A stretch of DNA of 63,021 bases, the filler included, from Octopus bimaculoides (lineage: Eukaryota), in NCBI RefSeq assembly GCF_001194135.2. It is 5 parts of 5 records of this genome, joined end to end, with 100 filler letters (N's around TTAATTAATTAA, not from the genome) between each part and the next. Parts side by side here need not be neighbours in the genome. Positions count along the whole stretch, not along the records: positions 13,721 to 26,323 come from NC_069000.1; positions 26,424 to 45,802 come from NC_068997.1; 3 more parts are not named here. The stretch is one strand, 5' to 3'. Each line of letters starts with the position of its first letter. The first letter of the stretch is position 1. Positions 24,868 through 39,937 of the stretch are shown piece by piece. The position numbers and the translations under genes are program-made. Under the pieces are notes generated by a model. It was not told where the DNA came from. It was given only the letters and a program-made list of their open reading frames with translations, and searched no databases.

Positions 24868-24930
<63 letters not shown>

Positions 24931-24932
<2 letters not shown>

Positions 24933-25160
24933 CGCCCGGACGCAGTACCAGGCAGTGGCTCTCATGGCTTCTGATCTTAATTGATTGGAAGTGTTATCAT
25001 GTACATTGTTTTGTCTTGGTATAAAAAATGGGCTACAGCAAATATTCTGCTTAATACCATAGATTTGCTTGTCAGTTGTTTGACCTTAACCAGTTGAGCA
25101 TGTCCCTTGGTGGCTGACGATATGTACATCTCTGATCATGAGCAGAAGTAGTGGGGGAGA
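24931..25160. repeat. Unclassified interspersed-repeat-like fragment abutting (AAT)n
   Basis: Composition change right after (AAT)n at 24855-24930 and a sharp junction with the Tx1 fragment. The family was not identified. Confidence 0.45.
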
Positions 25161-25164
25161 ATCG

Positions 25165-26090
25165 GACGGGTGGTCATGATGGGTGTAATGGGCTTCGCAC
25201 CATTCTCGCCACTCTCATCCACCTTCCAACAAACTGGCTAGAAAGCAATACTTTCCTCTCTACCCTTATTTTCCTCTTCAAGTGAAAACTAAAGAAGTTG
25301 ATCAAGGATTAGCCAAAGAGAAAAGTGTTTGTTTTCATCCATTTTAATCTCGTCCGCCGTAGAACCTCTGTCGCCATGACCACCAGACATATAAAGACAG
25401 CTTGCCCTTCCTGGTTAACGAAGGCAGCGGGGCGATCTTCACGATGGATTCAGTTGACAGTCGGGTCCGTCCCACGCCTGACAGCACGTGTTCGACATAG
25501 ACCCACAGTTCAGTGATTCTCGAGCGTTGGACGAGTGCATGCAGAACGATTTCGTCGTCCTGAGTGCATCACGGATATGCTCGGGTGACGGCACTTCCGA
25601 ACCTGTATAGTTTATCTCGAAGAGGCAAAGCCCCCCGATAGCAATGCCAGGCCAGAGATTTTGGGAAGTAATCCATCGGTCTCGGCCGAAAGTTTGCCAG
25701 TAGAGAGCAGCCAGCTGATCTTTTTCGGCACCCAAAGTCTCCTCAAGAATGTCGTCGCACTTTCCCCCCACTAATCCTCTATAGAACGCTAAAGTGGACT
25801 TTCCATCTATTGTTCTATTTAATTTCTCTTCATTGTAACGGCCGTGTGATGTGGTACGAAAGAGCCAATCTCGTCGCCTTAGATCACACGGCCATTACAT
25901 ACGTATTGTAGAAATGGGGTAGGTGGCACCAAACTTTGGCACTGAGAGTTATACCGGCCCTTAAGGTGGACGTCACTGTACGGTTCCAAAGGCCCCAGCC
26001 ATGCCACCAAGTGTAGGGACCGTGTACTGCAATAGCTTGGGATTCAAAGGCCCACAGTTATTTAGTATGTTGCCAAAACATCTGATTTAT
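25165..26090 (-). mobile_element. Tx1/L1-clade LINE ORF2 C-terminal (zf-RVT) fragment
   Basis: Minus translation FYRGLVGGKCDDIL..(fs)MDYFPKSLAWHCYRGALPLRDKLYRFGS..*C..DEIVLHALV..LWVYVE..FHLKRKIRVER..RW is a decayed CCHC-type motif region. Confidence 0.8.
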
Positions 26091-27476
26091 CGGTGTGAAG
26101 TGGTGATGGATGCGTTCAAGAAACAATTTGACCTTCTGCTGTCCAAGGTATGAACCAGGCCTACATCACGGCAAGAAACTCAAAAGAGGGCAACGATATC
26201 AAACTCCCTTCTTCACCAAAAACCAATTTCATATAAGAACGGCCATTGAAAAGATGATAATACTGGCGGTGCCCCAGCATGGCCACAACCTTCGGGCTGA
26301 AACGCATAAAAGAGTTATATATANNNNNNNNNNNNNNNNNNNNNNNNNNNNNNNNNNNNNNNNNNNNTTAATTAATTAANNNNNNNNNNNNNNNNNNNNN
26401 NNNNNNNNNNNNNNNNNNNNNNNTATATATATATATATATATATGAATCTTTGTATCTTTGCATATATATAAAGATATATATATGTACGTATGTATGTAT
26501 GTATGTATGTATGTATGTATGTATGTATGTATGTATGTATTCACATATACACTTATGCACTTTTGTGAGTATACTTCTGAAAATACAAATGTAAAATTTG
26601 AAAATACGAATAATATAACGAGAAAAAGTAACAAGTAATAACACTAACAAATATGTATATACACACGTATATATGCATGCATGTATGTATGTATATATGC
26701 CTATGTGTATATATGTATATATGCCTATGTGTATATATGTAGGCATGTACTTATATATATATAGGTGTTGTTTATCGATGTATATATCTATGAATGCATA
26801 TTTACACGTTTGTCTACGTGTTTATGCAAAATACAACAATGGCAAAAAATAAAAAAGAAGAAAAATTGTTTGACTTTGCTTTCCATGGACAGAATCAAGT
26901 GATGTTATGAACTAGTCTAAAATTAATGGTGTCCCTTTCATGTGGTTCGTTGACTGATGTGACGTAAGTATAGAATAGCGCTGTGACATATTTAGCGTGC
27001 AAGGAAGACGTCGGAATTTACCACAGAAAACAGCAGAACTTGTTAACAAAACTTCTGAAATTTCTATTGAAGGCTCTGTGTATGAGGATGACCTCTCCGT
27101 ATGAGTAGGAGAGAATGAACGTATTGTAAATGAGCAAAATAAAAACAAGGTAATAGAGAGACGAAGAAGAAGTAGAAGAAAAAATAAACTACTAACAACG
27201 ACCTTAGATAGCCGGAAGTGAACACGTATACTCACATATCTATAGAATTGCGAAGAGAGAAGATAATAAATGAAAAAAAAAAATTAATAAAACAAAGCGA
27301 AAACAAAAACAAATGCAATAACAAAATGATTGTAAGGATTATATAAGTAAATGAATATATAGATAAATGTATATTACAATTATCTCCATTTTAGAGAGGG
27401 ATGTCAGCTTTGAAAATAATATAACGAACGATTTGCTACAGGGACAATACTGTGAAATTAAGTTAGTGATGATGAA

Positions 27477-27518
<42 letters not shown>

Positions 27519-28170
27519 TTTAGATAAAAATGGGGTAGGTGATGATGAGGATAAAGACAGCGATTTTGAAGATGATTACCCAAACACCCACACGTAAATT
27601 CACACACAAACACACAGAGAAACACACATACATACACACACATACGCACACACAAACACACACCCTCCCCCCACACACAAAAACACCACCACACACACCC
27701 AGACATTTATTTATTCATACCCATGATATGCATAGTGATGGTATGTGAGAACTGTGATTCTAAACGCAGCGACGTGGTAGGAAATTTGTTCAACTAAAAG
27801 CAGTGCTCCAGCATAGCTGCACTCAAATGACTGAAACAAGCAAATGGAAAATAATGTGTGAGTATGGGCGCGTGAGTGCGTGTGTGTGTATGTGTTCGTG
27901 TTTCTTCATTCCACCGCTTTAATGAACAGAGTTGGATTCTTTAGGTCCAAGTAACCTAGCGGTTTGAGTAAAAAGAACTTCAAGGCGGTGCCCCTGTGTG
28001 ACCACAGTCCAATGAATGTAAGTTGTAAAAACTAATATATATACACACGCTATACACTTCAGAAACTCGTTTTCATACTTATTAATATGCAAATATTTGT
28101 AAAATGTATGTTTATATTTTTATTTGTGTGTGAGATATATCTTATATCGACAAACTCAGGTCAACACATA

Positions 28171-29200
28171 CACGGGTTGGTCAAAATGATGGTAAAACTT
28201 GATGAACTCAGATTTATTATCTAAGCCGGCGTTGGACTGCCTTTGGTACTAGGGCAGCTTCACCACTTTGCGGAACTTGTACAAGTTCTGAATGGTTGTT
28301 AGGGAGATTTTGAGACATTCTTCATGTACAACAGGCTTTAACTCTCTCAGCAACGACGGTGGAAGTAAACTGCTTCCCATTTGCGGTTTCAAAATGCGCC
28401 ATAAATGTTTAGTTATAGTGATATTCTGGGACTAGTTTAAATATACTAATTCCCTTTTTTGCTTTCCGTACCAAACTTTTTTTATTAACAGATCCGTGTG
28501 AATCTGCGCACTGTAGGCCCGGAAGATTGCCCTGCAATCAAGGATCAACGTTTTCAGCGTTGTATATACAAGATGGAGCAAAATTCTCAGATGATCCTAG
28601 ATGGAAACGCGGTCATACGTAAAAACTAAAGTGCCAAGAGAATTCCGTGATATGAATTTCCAATCATCACAGACCCACCACTCACGATGGGGAACCAAAT
28701 ATTCAAGATCATTGGTTTTTTTTTTAGGCTGTCTCCAGACATAAACTCATCCCGTCAAAGGGGCGAATAAAGATTCATCAGAGCAGTTTACATTGTTCCA
28801 TTTTACTGTAGATCACTTCTGATAATATAGACAGCATTTCCTGTTCGTATGAAGAGTGATGGACCACTAATGGTATTAAACTTTATGGAATTCACAACGA
28901 ACGGGTTTTATTAACACAATAGAGCCAAGGTGTTGCTTTAGCCTCCTGTCACTTTTCCTGCCGTAGTTTCAAGCTTTTTAGATGCAATGCATTTCACGAT
29001 TCTGCGGGCCTTGCTTGTAAACTTTGACCTCTCTCAAATTGACTCAAACTATGACTGCTGTCAATTACAGCATCCTTCCTGTGACTTGATGTCCCCAGTT
29101 TTGAAAACAGTAATTCCTAACAAGCTGTTTTAGATTTACACGAGAGAGCTACCCGAGACAAGCATAAGTAGCCATAAGATCAAGTACGCAAAACTCCGAG
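28171..29200 (-). mobile_element. Decayed Tc1-family transposon
   Basis: One end is TA|CACGGGTTGGTCAAAA. Minus translation shows WNNVNCSDES, VYVWRQ, GGSVMI and LREL..V..E..KISLTTIQNLY. The second TIR was not found. Confidence 0.8.
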
Positions 29201-29240
29201 TACCTCTCGTGCACATTCAATTATATACAGCCATATTTTC

Positions 29241-29272
<32 letters not shown>

Positions 29273-29350
29273 GTCTATCTATCTATCTATCTATCTGTCT
29301 GTCTGTCTGTCTGTCTTTCTGTCTGTTTGTCTGACTGCCTGCCTGCCTGC

Positions 29351-29405
<55 letters not shown>

Positions 29406-29881
29406 CATATACAATACATGATATATATATATATTTATGACTATAAGCGTATAAACACACACACACATATAGATGTATATTCATATGCATGCGCATATGC
29501 ACATATATATGAATATACATGCATACGCATATCCATATCCGCACCCCCCCCCATCCACACACCCACACATCCACACACCCACCACACACATATGTATATG
29601 AGTGTGTATGCTTGTGTATGTATGTGTTTGACGTTTGCTTGTGCGTGTTTGTTTATTTCTCATATTCCGTGTATGATGGCACACGAGGAGTTTTACATTT
29701 AAGACCTGACAGTGTGTCAGTCGTATCTGGGTTTCGTTTCTATTAGTATTGTTTGTCGTGTCTTATTATTTTCTGCGCGAGATGTCAATGTGTTTATATA
29801 GAGATGTTGTTATATCTGGTATTGTTGATGAACCAGTGGCAAAATAATATAATGAATTCACCCTCCCCACAACAATATGCA

Positions 29882-29919
<38 letters not shown>

Positions 29920-30035
29920 TGTACGTATATACATTTATAAGCATATATATGTACATACATAAACATATATATATACATATATATACATACATATATATAT
30001 ATATATATACATATATATACATATACATACGGATA

Positions 30036-30087
<52 letters not shown>

Positions 30088-30521
30088 NNNNNNNNNNNNN
30101 NNNNNNNNNNNNNNNNNNNNNNNNNNNNNNNNNNNNNNNNNNNNNNNNNNNNNNNNNNNNNNNNNNNNNNNNNNNNNNNNNNNNNNNNNNNNNNNNNNNN
30201 NNNNNNNNNNNNNNNNNNNNNNNNNNNNNNNNNNNNNNNNNNNNNNNNNNNNNNNNNNNNNNNNNNNNNNNNNNNNNNNNNNNNNNNNNNNNNNNNNNNN
30301 NNNNNNNNNNNNNNNNNNNNNNNNNNNNNNNNNNNNNNNNNNNNNNNNNNNNNNNNNNNNNNNNNNNNNNNNNNNNNNNNNNNNNNNNNNNNNNNNNNNN
30401 NNNNNNNNNNNNNNNNNNNNNNNNNNNNNNNNNNNNNNNNNNNNNNNNNNNNNNNNNNNNNNNNNNNNNNNNNNNNNNNNNNNNNNNNNNNNNNNNNNNN
30501 NNNNNNNNNNNNNNNNNNNNN

Positions 30522-30570
<49 letters not shown>

Positions 30571-31210
30571 CAGAGAGAGAGAGAGAGAGGGGGAAGAAAT
30601 AAATTGAAAGAGAGATAGAGAAGGAGAGAGGAAGAGAGAGTGGAGAGACGAATGATAAAACAGAAGCAAAAAGAACCAAATAAAATGGCTGACATAATAG
30701 AGAATGAGCAATAAGTAATACTTGTTTCTCGCTCCTCATTTTCTTTGCTCGAAAAATCTGACGAACATAACCAACTGTGAATGATGTAGACAGGACCTAT
30801 CACGAAAGCTGGTGACATTTGCATCATCGGCTCTTATTTCACCTGAGCCTGCGATTAGAATACTTGATACGGATTAAGAAAACGAGAAGGAAATGTAGCT
30901 GCATAAACTTCATTAAAACTCTTTTGAATAACTATTTTAGACTTCAGTCAAAGAGATATCTGCAGCTGCCGAAAATAAAAGGTGGAAATATATTTATTTC
31001 TCTCTTTTGTACAGTTTTTGTTATATTTATTTCTTTTGTCCGTTTGTTGTATTTATTGCCTTTTATCTTTTTAACCATGGAGTACACATTTGCACACACA
31101 CACATCCCATATACAAACACTAATATATTTACAAAGTAATCTCCCACATGCATGTATATATAGATGCCCGTATATATATATATGTATATATATATATGTA
31201 TATATATATG

Positions 31211-31298
<88 letters not shown>

Positions 31299-31475
31299 TG
31301 CGTGTGTGTATGCGTAGATATATATATATATTTATATATATATATATATATACGTACACGTATGTGTGAGTGCATATGTGTGTGTGTATGTATTTATATA
31401 TATGTGTACGTATTTATATATGTAGGTATGCATGTATGTATACATATACATACATTCCTCTAAATATACGTACAT

Positions 31476-31515
<40 letters not shown>

Positions 31516-31819
31516 ATATAGTCACTCATGCATAGGTGTACACATACATACTGACACACAGAAATACTTTCAGATATACATATATAAATACCCGTGCACC
31601 ACTCCAATTCGCGCGTGCACCTTCATGTTCGGCTACACTTGTAAAGAGACTGTCAGAGCGATTGATTGACTACTCTTCAATTTTCAACTCTGGTGTTTCG
31701 TCCAAAGTATTCAGTATCCTTATATTTATATATCTTTATAAGAACCAAGCCGCCTTTATTATACTCATCTTCTGTTTTACATCGTTATGGTAATAATTAA
31801 TATTTCTAGAAGTATATGT

Positions 31820-32280
31820 TTTACTCTTTTACTCTTTTACTTCTTTCAGTCATTTGACTGTGGCCATGCTGGAGCACCGCTTTTAGTCGAGCAAATCGAC
31901 CTCAGGACTTATTCTTTGTAAGCCTAGTACTTATTCTATCGGTCTTTTTTGCCGAACCGCTAAGTTACGGAGACCTAAAGACACCAGCATCGGTTGTCAA
32001 GCGATGTTGGGGGGGGGGACAAACACAGACACACAAACAGACACATATATATATATATATATATATACATATGCATATATACGACGGGCTTCTTTCAGTT
32101 TCCGTCTACCAAATCCACTCACAAGGCCTTGCTCGGCCCCAGGCTACAGTAGAAGACACCTGCTCAAGGTGCCACGCAGTGGGACTGAATCCGGAACCCT
32201 GTGGTCGGTAAGCAAGCTACTTACCACACAGCCACTCCTGCACCTATGCCACTCCTGCACCTATTCCACTCCTGCGCCAA
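31820..32280 (-). mobile_element. SINE family B, near full length
   Basis: The minus strand starts with a tRNA-like head (ataggtgcaggagtggctgtgtggtaagtagcttg..ccggattcagtcccactgcgtggcacc), has an internal (TA/CA)n tract and ends gactgaaagaagtaaaagagtaaaa. Confidence 0.92.
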
Positions 32281-32549
32281 ACGGAATGAGGCTTTCAACT
32301 GTAATCATTAGACCTTATTCTATCTATTTTGTTTTAGTTGTGTTTAGATTAGTTTGGATTAGATTGGATTACTTATTTTGAGCCCACGGCAGGACGAAGG
32401 ACTCAGCATGTTCTTTCCATCAACCGCAGTCTGATGTGGAGGCCGGGAATTTGAGCTCGATTTCATAGTGGTTTGATGGGCCTACTCTTCTACACTGGCT
32501 CAACATGGCATGGCAGAAAGATGTGAATGTTTTTATACGTATTCTTAGA

Positions 32550-32713
32550 AATAGTTAAGTCGATTACATCGAACCCGGTGCTCAACTGGTTCACCTGAAT
32601 GGATGAAAGGAAAAGTCGACCTCGGTGAAATTTGAACTCAGAACGTAAGAACGGATGGAATATCGCTATGCATTTCACCCGGCGTGCTAATAATTCTGCT
32701 AGCTCATCGCCTT
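32550..32713 (-). mobile_element. SINE family A
   Basis: Contains aaaagtcgacctcggtgaaatttgaactcagaac..ggcgtgctaataattctgctagctcatcgcctt. Confidence 0.85.
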
Positions 32714-33138
32714 GTACTTAGATAAATTCTTATATTTAGTTTAACTTGACGCAAACATGGCTGACCCTTCCTGCTTACACTCGTCAAACCTATCAACGCG
32801 GAACTATGTTAAGAAATCCTATAGTCAATTCTGGTCATGTGTCTGCCCTTTACTGGCATCACCATTGTATCCTTGTCTTCTCTGCAACTGGCGAAATAAT
32901 GATGAGAAAAATCCCAGTTCATTATAATTTATTCAGATGACTACGGCATTTTTGAATAATAGTTAAAAATTGTTTTAAAAAATCTGTCATCATTGTTTCA
33001 TTACTCCATATCTTTCTTAACATGTTTCTTTTTTCGAATTGTATTTTAATGTATACCTTCTGAATAAATTTTCATCCATCTCTCTGTGTGTCCGCCTGCA
33101 TGCCTGCCTGCATGCTTGCCTACATTAATTTTGTTTGA

Positions 33139-33184
<46 letters not shown>

Positions 33185-33282
33185 GCATGTCTGTCTGTCT
33201 ATCTCACAATCTATTATACACACACACATATATACACACACACACACATATATGCATACACACACACGTGTATAAATATATT

Positions 33283-33318
<36 letters not shown>

Positions 33319-33444
33319 CACACACATACATACATTTATACATACACATATTCACGCACGCATAACATAGAGTTTACATACTTGAAGCCAGCCTCTCTTC
33401 CGTTCCAGCTTTCTACCTCATTCGATCGCATTTCCTTTCTTTGC

Positions 33445-33490
<46 letters not shown>

Positions 33491-35324
33491 NNNNNNNNNN
33501 NNNNNNNNNNNNNNNNNNNNNNNNNNNNNNNNNNNNNNNNNNNNNNNNNNNNNNNNNNNNNNNNNNNNNNNNNNNNNNNNNNNNNNNNNNNNNNNNNNNN
33601 NNNNNNNNNNNNNNNNNNNNNNNNNNNNNNNNNNNNNNNNNNNNNNNNNNNNNNNNNNNNNNNNNNNNNNNNNNNNNNNNNNNNNNNNNNNNNNNNNNNN
33701 NNNNNNNNNNNNNNNNNNNNNNNNNNNNNNNNNNNNNNNNNNNNNNNNNNNNNNNNNNNNNNNNNNNNNNNNNNNNNNNNNNNNNNNNNNNNNNNNNNNN
33801 NNNNNNNNNNNNNNNNNNNNNNNNNNNNNNNNNNNNNNNNNNNNNNNNNNNNNNNNNNNNNNNNNNNNNNNNNNNNNNNNNNNNNNNNNNNNNNNNNNNN
33901 NNNNNNNNNNNNNNNNNNNNNNNNNNNNNNNNNNNNNNNNNNNNNNNNNNNNNNNNNNNNNNNNNNNNNNNNNNNNNNNNNNNNNNNNNNNNNNNNNNNN
34001 NNNNNNNNNNNNNNNNNNNNNNNNNNNNNNNNNNNNNNNNNNNNNNNNNNNNNNNNNNNNNNNNNNNNNNNNNNNNNNNNNNNNNNNNNNNNNNNNNNNN
34101 NNNNNNNNNNNNNNNNNNNNNNNNNNNNTATATATATATATATATATTACCCTCCGCAAACATAAAAACACCCTCACACATGTACATTCTTCAATTTTTC
34201 ACCAATGAAATGGCTTCATCTCCCGGAATTACTCAAAAGAAACAATGGTTGAAAGCATGACGCTGCGTAGTTTCCTGAACCCGATCAGATTTGATCCCGT
34301 CTGTAGAGCGCCAGTTGACCGTAACAACGTATCTTTAAATAGATACAATTAATGAAATTAGGTTAAAAGTTTCAATGAGTCTCTTAATACGTTTTCCTTC
34401 TCGCTACCTCCATTTACATGTCCGTTACATTGGTATGAAACACGCAGCCTCAAACAGGGCTTTTATTTTCTACCGTCTGTTCACGTGAATAGGACTGTAC
34501 TACAGGACATAGATGTAAATGATACAAGCTTGACTGCTGTTGTTATTAACGATGATCTTGCTATTGTTGTTGTTGTTGTTAGGCACTAAGTTTGTTCTTG
34601 AGCGAGTAAACGTATGACGGAAAATGTTTCTGCGTTGATGCTTTGTATATTTTTGAGCCATGAGTAAAGGGTGTGTCAGTTACTTTTTACAGAGCCTCGA
34701 CTCTACTGAGAGTTATGGATAAGTTATCTAACAAGTGAGAACTAATCCGAAATACTTGTAACAGGGTGGATTCTGTTAAAGGTCCTTATGGTTGGAGCTG
34801 GATTACAAATCAGAATTCAAAGATCCAGAACAAATAACACAAGGTATTTGGTCCAAGATCCTTACACTTTGGTGTCAAGGCTAAACAGGAAGATCAACTG
34901 ACCAGAATATTTCTTACATTCACACTAATCCACCAGCGCATGGTCTGACTTTGAACTTCAAAAGAATGAAGAACCGATTTGATTCTGGTGGGATTTGAAC
35001 AAAGGCCATATGGTTTCTAATCCAACGTTCGTGCAGTTCATTAGTCCACTAATCCAGGATTTGATACATTTCTATCGATTTCGAACATAAAAACACATGT
35101 AAAGTTGACTTTGGCCAATTTAAACTCAGAGTCGGAAACACACACACACACACGCANNNNNNNNNNNNNNNNNNNNNNNNNNNNNNNNNNNNNNNNNNNN
35201 NNNNNNNNNNNNNNNNNNNNNNNNNNNNNNNNNNNNNNNNNNNNNNNNNNNNNNNNNNNNNNNNNNNNNNNNNNNNNNNNNNNNNNNNNNNNNNNNNTAT
35301 ATATATATATATATATATATCTTT

Positions 35325-35358
<34 letters not shown>

Positions 35359-36127
35359 CGATGATTTTCAAGAGAAAAGGAAGGTTAGAACGATCTCGGA
35401 AAAGTTAGAGCACCGACTGACCGGGACCGTTTGGCACTTTTCTGCAGGTCTCCCTTCTCATTTTCCGTCAGTGGGGCTAGACTGAGTTGACGTAATAACA
35501 ATATTCCTATTCTATAACGGCAGGCTCCTCATTTGGGATGTCACACGCTATGATACCTTTTCCATCGACAACTAGAAGTGTTCAGCGAGAAGCTTTGCTG
35601 TTCGCCAGGCTGGTAAAGGCAAACTGTCAATGTATCGGTCGATGTCGCGCATGTGACAGTGGAGACTTCCGGCACTCTATCCCTGCTCACCGCTACCGAA
35701 GTGATAATGACTATCCGCAATAGACAGCCCTGTAAGTCAGAGTGGCTGTTACAGCACATCTCCCTCGCTATCCTCCAACACAATGCTTTTGTCATTTTGG
35801 CTGTCTGGATCACATGACATCGAGAGAACGTGTGAATTTTGCAGCTTAATTCTCTTTGTTATTCCTTTCTAAATTTTTGTCTGTTATTCTTTGCATTTCT
35901 TTTTCTTTTTTTTTTTTTCATTGCGATATACATTTTATAGATTTTTAATATTCATTGAATATTTCTGAAATCCACTAACAGACTTTATATGCACACATAT
36001 ATTTTTATATAGGGATGTACGTTGACATTAGTACACGTATAACATATATTAAGTATTTGATTAAAGCTGAAATTGCGTAAGTTGCTAAGGACGTATAGCC
36101 CTGTATCTCAAGAGAATCTCTTGCAGG

Positions 36128-36219
<92 letters not shown>

Positions 36220-36261
36220 TAATAATAATAATAATAATAATATAATAATAATAATGATAAG

Positions 36262-36722
36262 GCGCAGTGCCCAACTGGATGACAAAGGGAAAGATATCAT
36301 GTGCCAAGAGTCCTGAAAAAGGAAATGTTGCATCCTAGTTTAGATTAATAACATGCTTTCCGCTAATATGGAAGCTAATGTCAGTTGCTTTGGTCGGTGA
36401 ACTGTACACATATTTGGAAAGATGTGGGCTGCTACCCATTGCACAGAAAGGGTGCTGGAAAAGGTGTCGGGGAACGAAGGATCAATTCTTAATTGATAAT
36501 CTAATTATCAGGAACTGCAAGAAAGGACACACAAACCTGAGCATGGCATGAGTTGACTATCACAAAGCATGCGATATGATACCACTTTCCTGGATAATAA
36601 GAACAATGGAGATGTATGGAGTAGCAGAAAATGTGAGAAGCCTCATATGGAATAACATGAAATGCTGAAGAACGGAACTGGCGGCAGGAAAGCAAGTATT
36701 GGGAGAAGGGAAAATCAAGAGA
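36262..36722 (+). mobile_element. R4/Dong-like RT fragment starting directly after (AAT)n
   Basis: Translation PNWMTKG..CFPLIWKL..LLPIAQKGC..RGTKDQFLID..NLSMA*VDYHKACDMIPLSWI. Confidence 0.88.
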
Positions 36723-36901
36723 GACACAAGGTGAGATTTTAGCCAGTCCACATCATCAGGTCACTGGACTGCCTTCAGTAAACTACTGCATCCCCCTTAT
36801 GTACTGCTTCTCTGGAGCGTTGACCAACAACATATATGTATGTGCGTATACATTTGTGTGTGAGTGTGTACAAATGTGTGTATGCGTGTGTATGTGTGTT
36901 A

Positions 36902-36945
<44 letters not shown>

Positions 36946-37188
36946 TGTGTTCACATTAACATCGATATGTTTGTTTATATTTATGCTAAGGTATTGTATA
37001 CATTCTATTGTGTTCTTACGAATTGTAATTTCTTATTTAGAAATTGCCTTTATAGCAAATAAGTAAATTCTACTCACACATACGCACACAAACACACACA
37101 CACACACACACACAAACTCACTCAAACACACGCTTATGCATGCATTCATACGCCTACTTACAATAATACATTCTTACATATGTATATA

Positions 37189-37248
<60 letters not shown>

Positions 37249-37282
37249 TATAGGGAGAATTCACAAAAAACATATATATATG

Positions 37283-37324
<42 letters not shown>

Positions 37325-37773
37325 AATGTATGTTTTTGTGTATGTATGTATGCACGTAGATATATACATACACTATATACTATATATTTACGTTTATACA
37401 TACATACATATCTTGTCATTGTCACTCTTTTTTTATTGTCACTTGATTCATTTATACATCATTTTCCTTGTTGATGTCATTATAGTTATATTCTTTTAAT
37501 TACCACAAATCTTTTCTCACTTCCTTTAATTTATCACTGCTGTGCTTCACAAGTCTTGCAATATCTGCCGCTTTTTTCTTTTTACTTCATCTTTTGTAAA
37601 TTTTTTTGTTGCATCTTTTTTTTTTTTGGTTTATTTTTCTTTGCATCTTTTACTTTTTGTATTGCATTGCAGCATCTTATTATATTGTATTAAAGTATAT
37701 CCAATTTCCTTTATAATCCTGAAATCACTTTTGTTCTAATATACACACATACATAATCATACATAATCATATA

Positions 37774-37806
<33 letters not shown>

Positions 37807-39653
37807 GTATGTATGCATGTATATGTATGTGTATGTATGTATTTGTCCTCTATGCACACTTATATGCGTCCTTTTGTTTTTACGTCTTTTCGCGTTTCGT
37901 TTCGTTTCATTTCATTAGGAGTTCCTCCCTTTACTATTTAAATATATATTGTTATTTTCTTTTCAAAATGTGTTTTAATTTTTATTGCTTTCATTACCTA
38001 TTTATCTATTGTAAATTCATTTATTTCATTACTTCTAATTCCATTTACTAATTTACTTGTTCACGATATAATACATTTATTTATTTATTTATTTATTTAT
38101 TATATATTTGTTTATCATCTTATTTTGTCTTGTTGCTATGTGTTTTTTTCTTTTTCTTTCTATGATGTTTTCCTTTGTCTTTCTTGTTGTTTTGCTAATT
38201 TCGGGAGACATATTTGTCGTCTTCACTAGAATTCGGTTCCTCAAAAATCTTGCTAATAGACAATGGAGCCTGACAAATTAGTTTTGCTTTTCTATAGTTT
38301 TATATAGTTTTACAATTAACAAATGTTTTGTTGAAACAAATACTATTCTGTAGATCGCCTATCAATACAACACATAGAAACAATGGAAAATGTATTTTTT
38401 TTTAATAATAGATTATAAAAACAATACGAAAACATTATTTTTGTTTATTTTCAAAGCTTTTCTGCTAAATTTCATATTCTTTAATCCAAAATAACATGTA
38501 GTTGGCATATATCATTTAGTTTTTCTAAATCTTCTAACGAATAGCATTTTCTCATGTAATACGTGTATTTAGCTTTTATTCTGCTTTGTATATAATATTT
38601 GTGTCTTATTCTTTGGATTCTGATAGATTTGAAATAGCCCCAGTTTTCATGATGTGGTCTTTATCCATGACATGAAATGGTACCTTCACAAAAATATACT
38701 TTGATTTGCATCCTGAATATTACATCTATCTGTTTGTTGATCTGCCGTTCAACCAATCGATCTCTCTATAGATACTTAGATTACGTTAGGTTAATCGATT
38801 TCTATCTATCAATCTATTTATGTTTATCAATCTCTCTCTCTCTCTCTTTCTCTTTCTCTTTCTCTCTTCGTCTCTCTTACTTTTCTGTCTTCTCTCATTT
38901 TCTCTCTCCTGAAATTCTTCATTTCACTTACACAAGAATATGTCGTCGTCTGCTTTTAAATTTCGCCCTTATAAAATTGAAGTAACAAAAGAACGCTTTT
39001 ACATCAAATATTATTTGCACCACCAAGAACAACATACTACCAATAGATTCATTTGTTTAAAATTACACACATTCACAAAATAAAAACTATATCACAACCC
39101 TTCATTTCTCACCAGTCAAATCCCTACAAAATATCTCCTTTCATCTTAAATAAACAAACCACTTCTTTAGTTCTTCTTTAATGATATGATGACTTCTGGT
39201 TATGAGAAAAACACTATTGTTACATAAATGCGTGTCTACATACATACATAGTTACATAAAAATCTGTATCTACATACATGCATACAAAAATACCCTGTTG
39301 TTGATGTTGAAATTCCAGTGAAGAAATTCCAATGAATAAGTTGGAAACCAGTTCTTTCTTTGTTGACAAGAGATCTCGAAATAAAGCTGAACAATGACAT
39401 AAAAACATACATACATACATGTACCGTGCTTTATCTCAACATCGTTAGTAACATACAGTGTAAACACGGACACAATGCACTGCGTCTCCGAATTAAACAT
39501 CTAAACTACATTCTCCTGGCTGACTGTCACATATCTACGCAACTGACTGTGTCAGTATTTTTCCCAATGTTGTGCAAGAAGTAAATTAACGTCGTAATAG
39601 CGTCAGACGAACCGTCAATCTGTTAGGTTTCCACATACATCTTCCGTCTAATG

Positions 39654-39937
39654 CATGCAGTGGTTCTCAACCAGGGTCCATATGGCCGGTGCGGATCCAT
39701 AAAAGATTTGGTCGTTCAAATTTATGTCTAATAATCTGATTTTACTTCTACAATACACAAAATATTTAAATATTTTTTAAATACAATTCCTAATAATAAT
39801 TAATCCTAAAAAATATAATAAGAGGTTGTAGACATTAAATGGCTATGGGGATCCACCTGAGTAGAATAGACAATCAAATGGGTCCATAGACAATCAAAGA
39901 GGCTCATTAGCAAACGATGGTCGGTCGAGAAACACTG
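39654..39937. mobile_element. hAT (Charlie-like) MITE
   Basis: TIRs are cagtggttctcaacc (39658) and ggtcgagaaacactg (to 39937). The 8-bp gtctaatg occurs on both sides (39646-39653, with 4 extra nt before the TIR, and 39938-39945). Confidence 0.75.
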
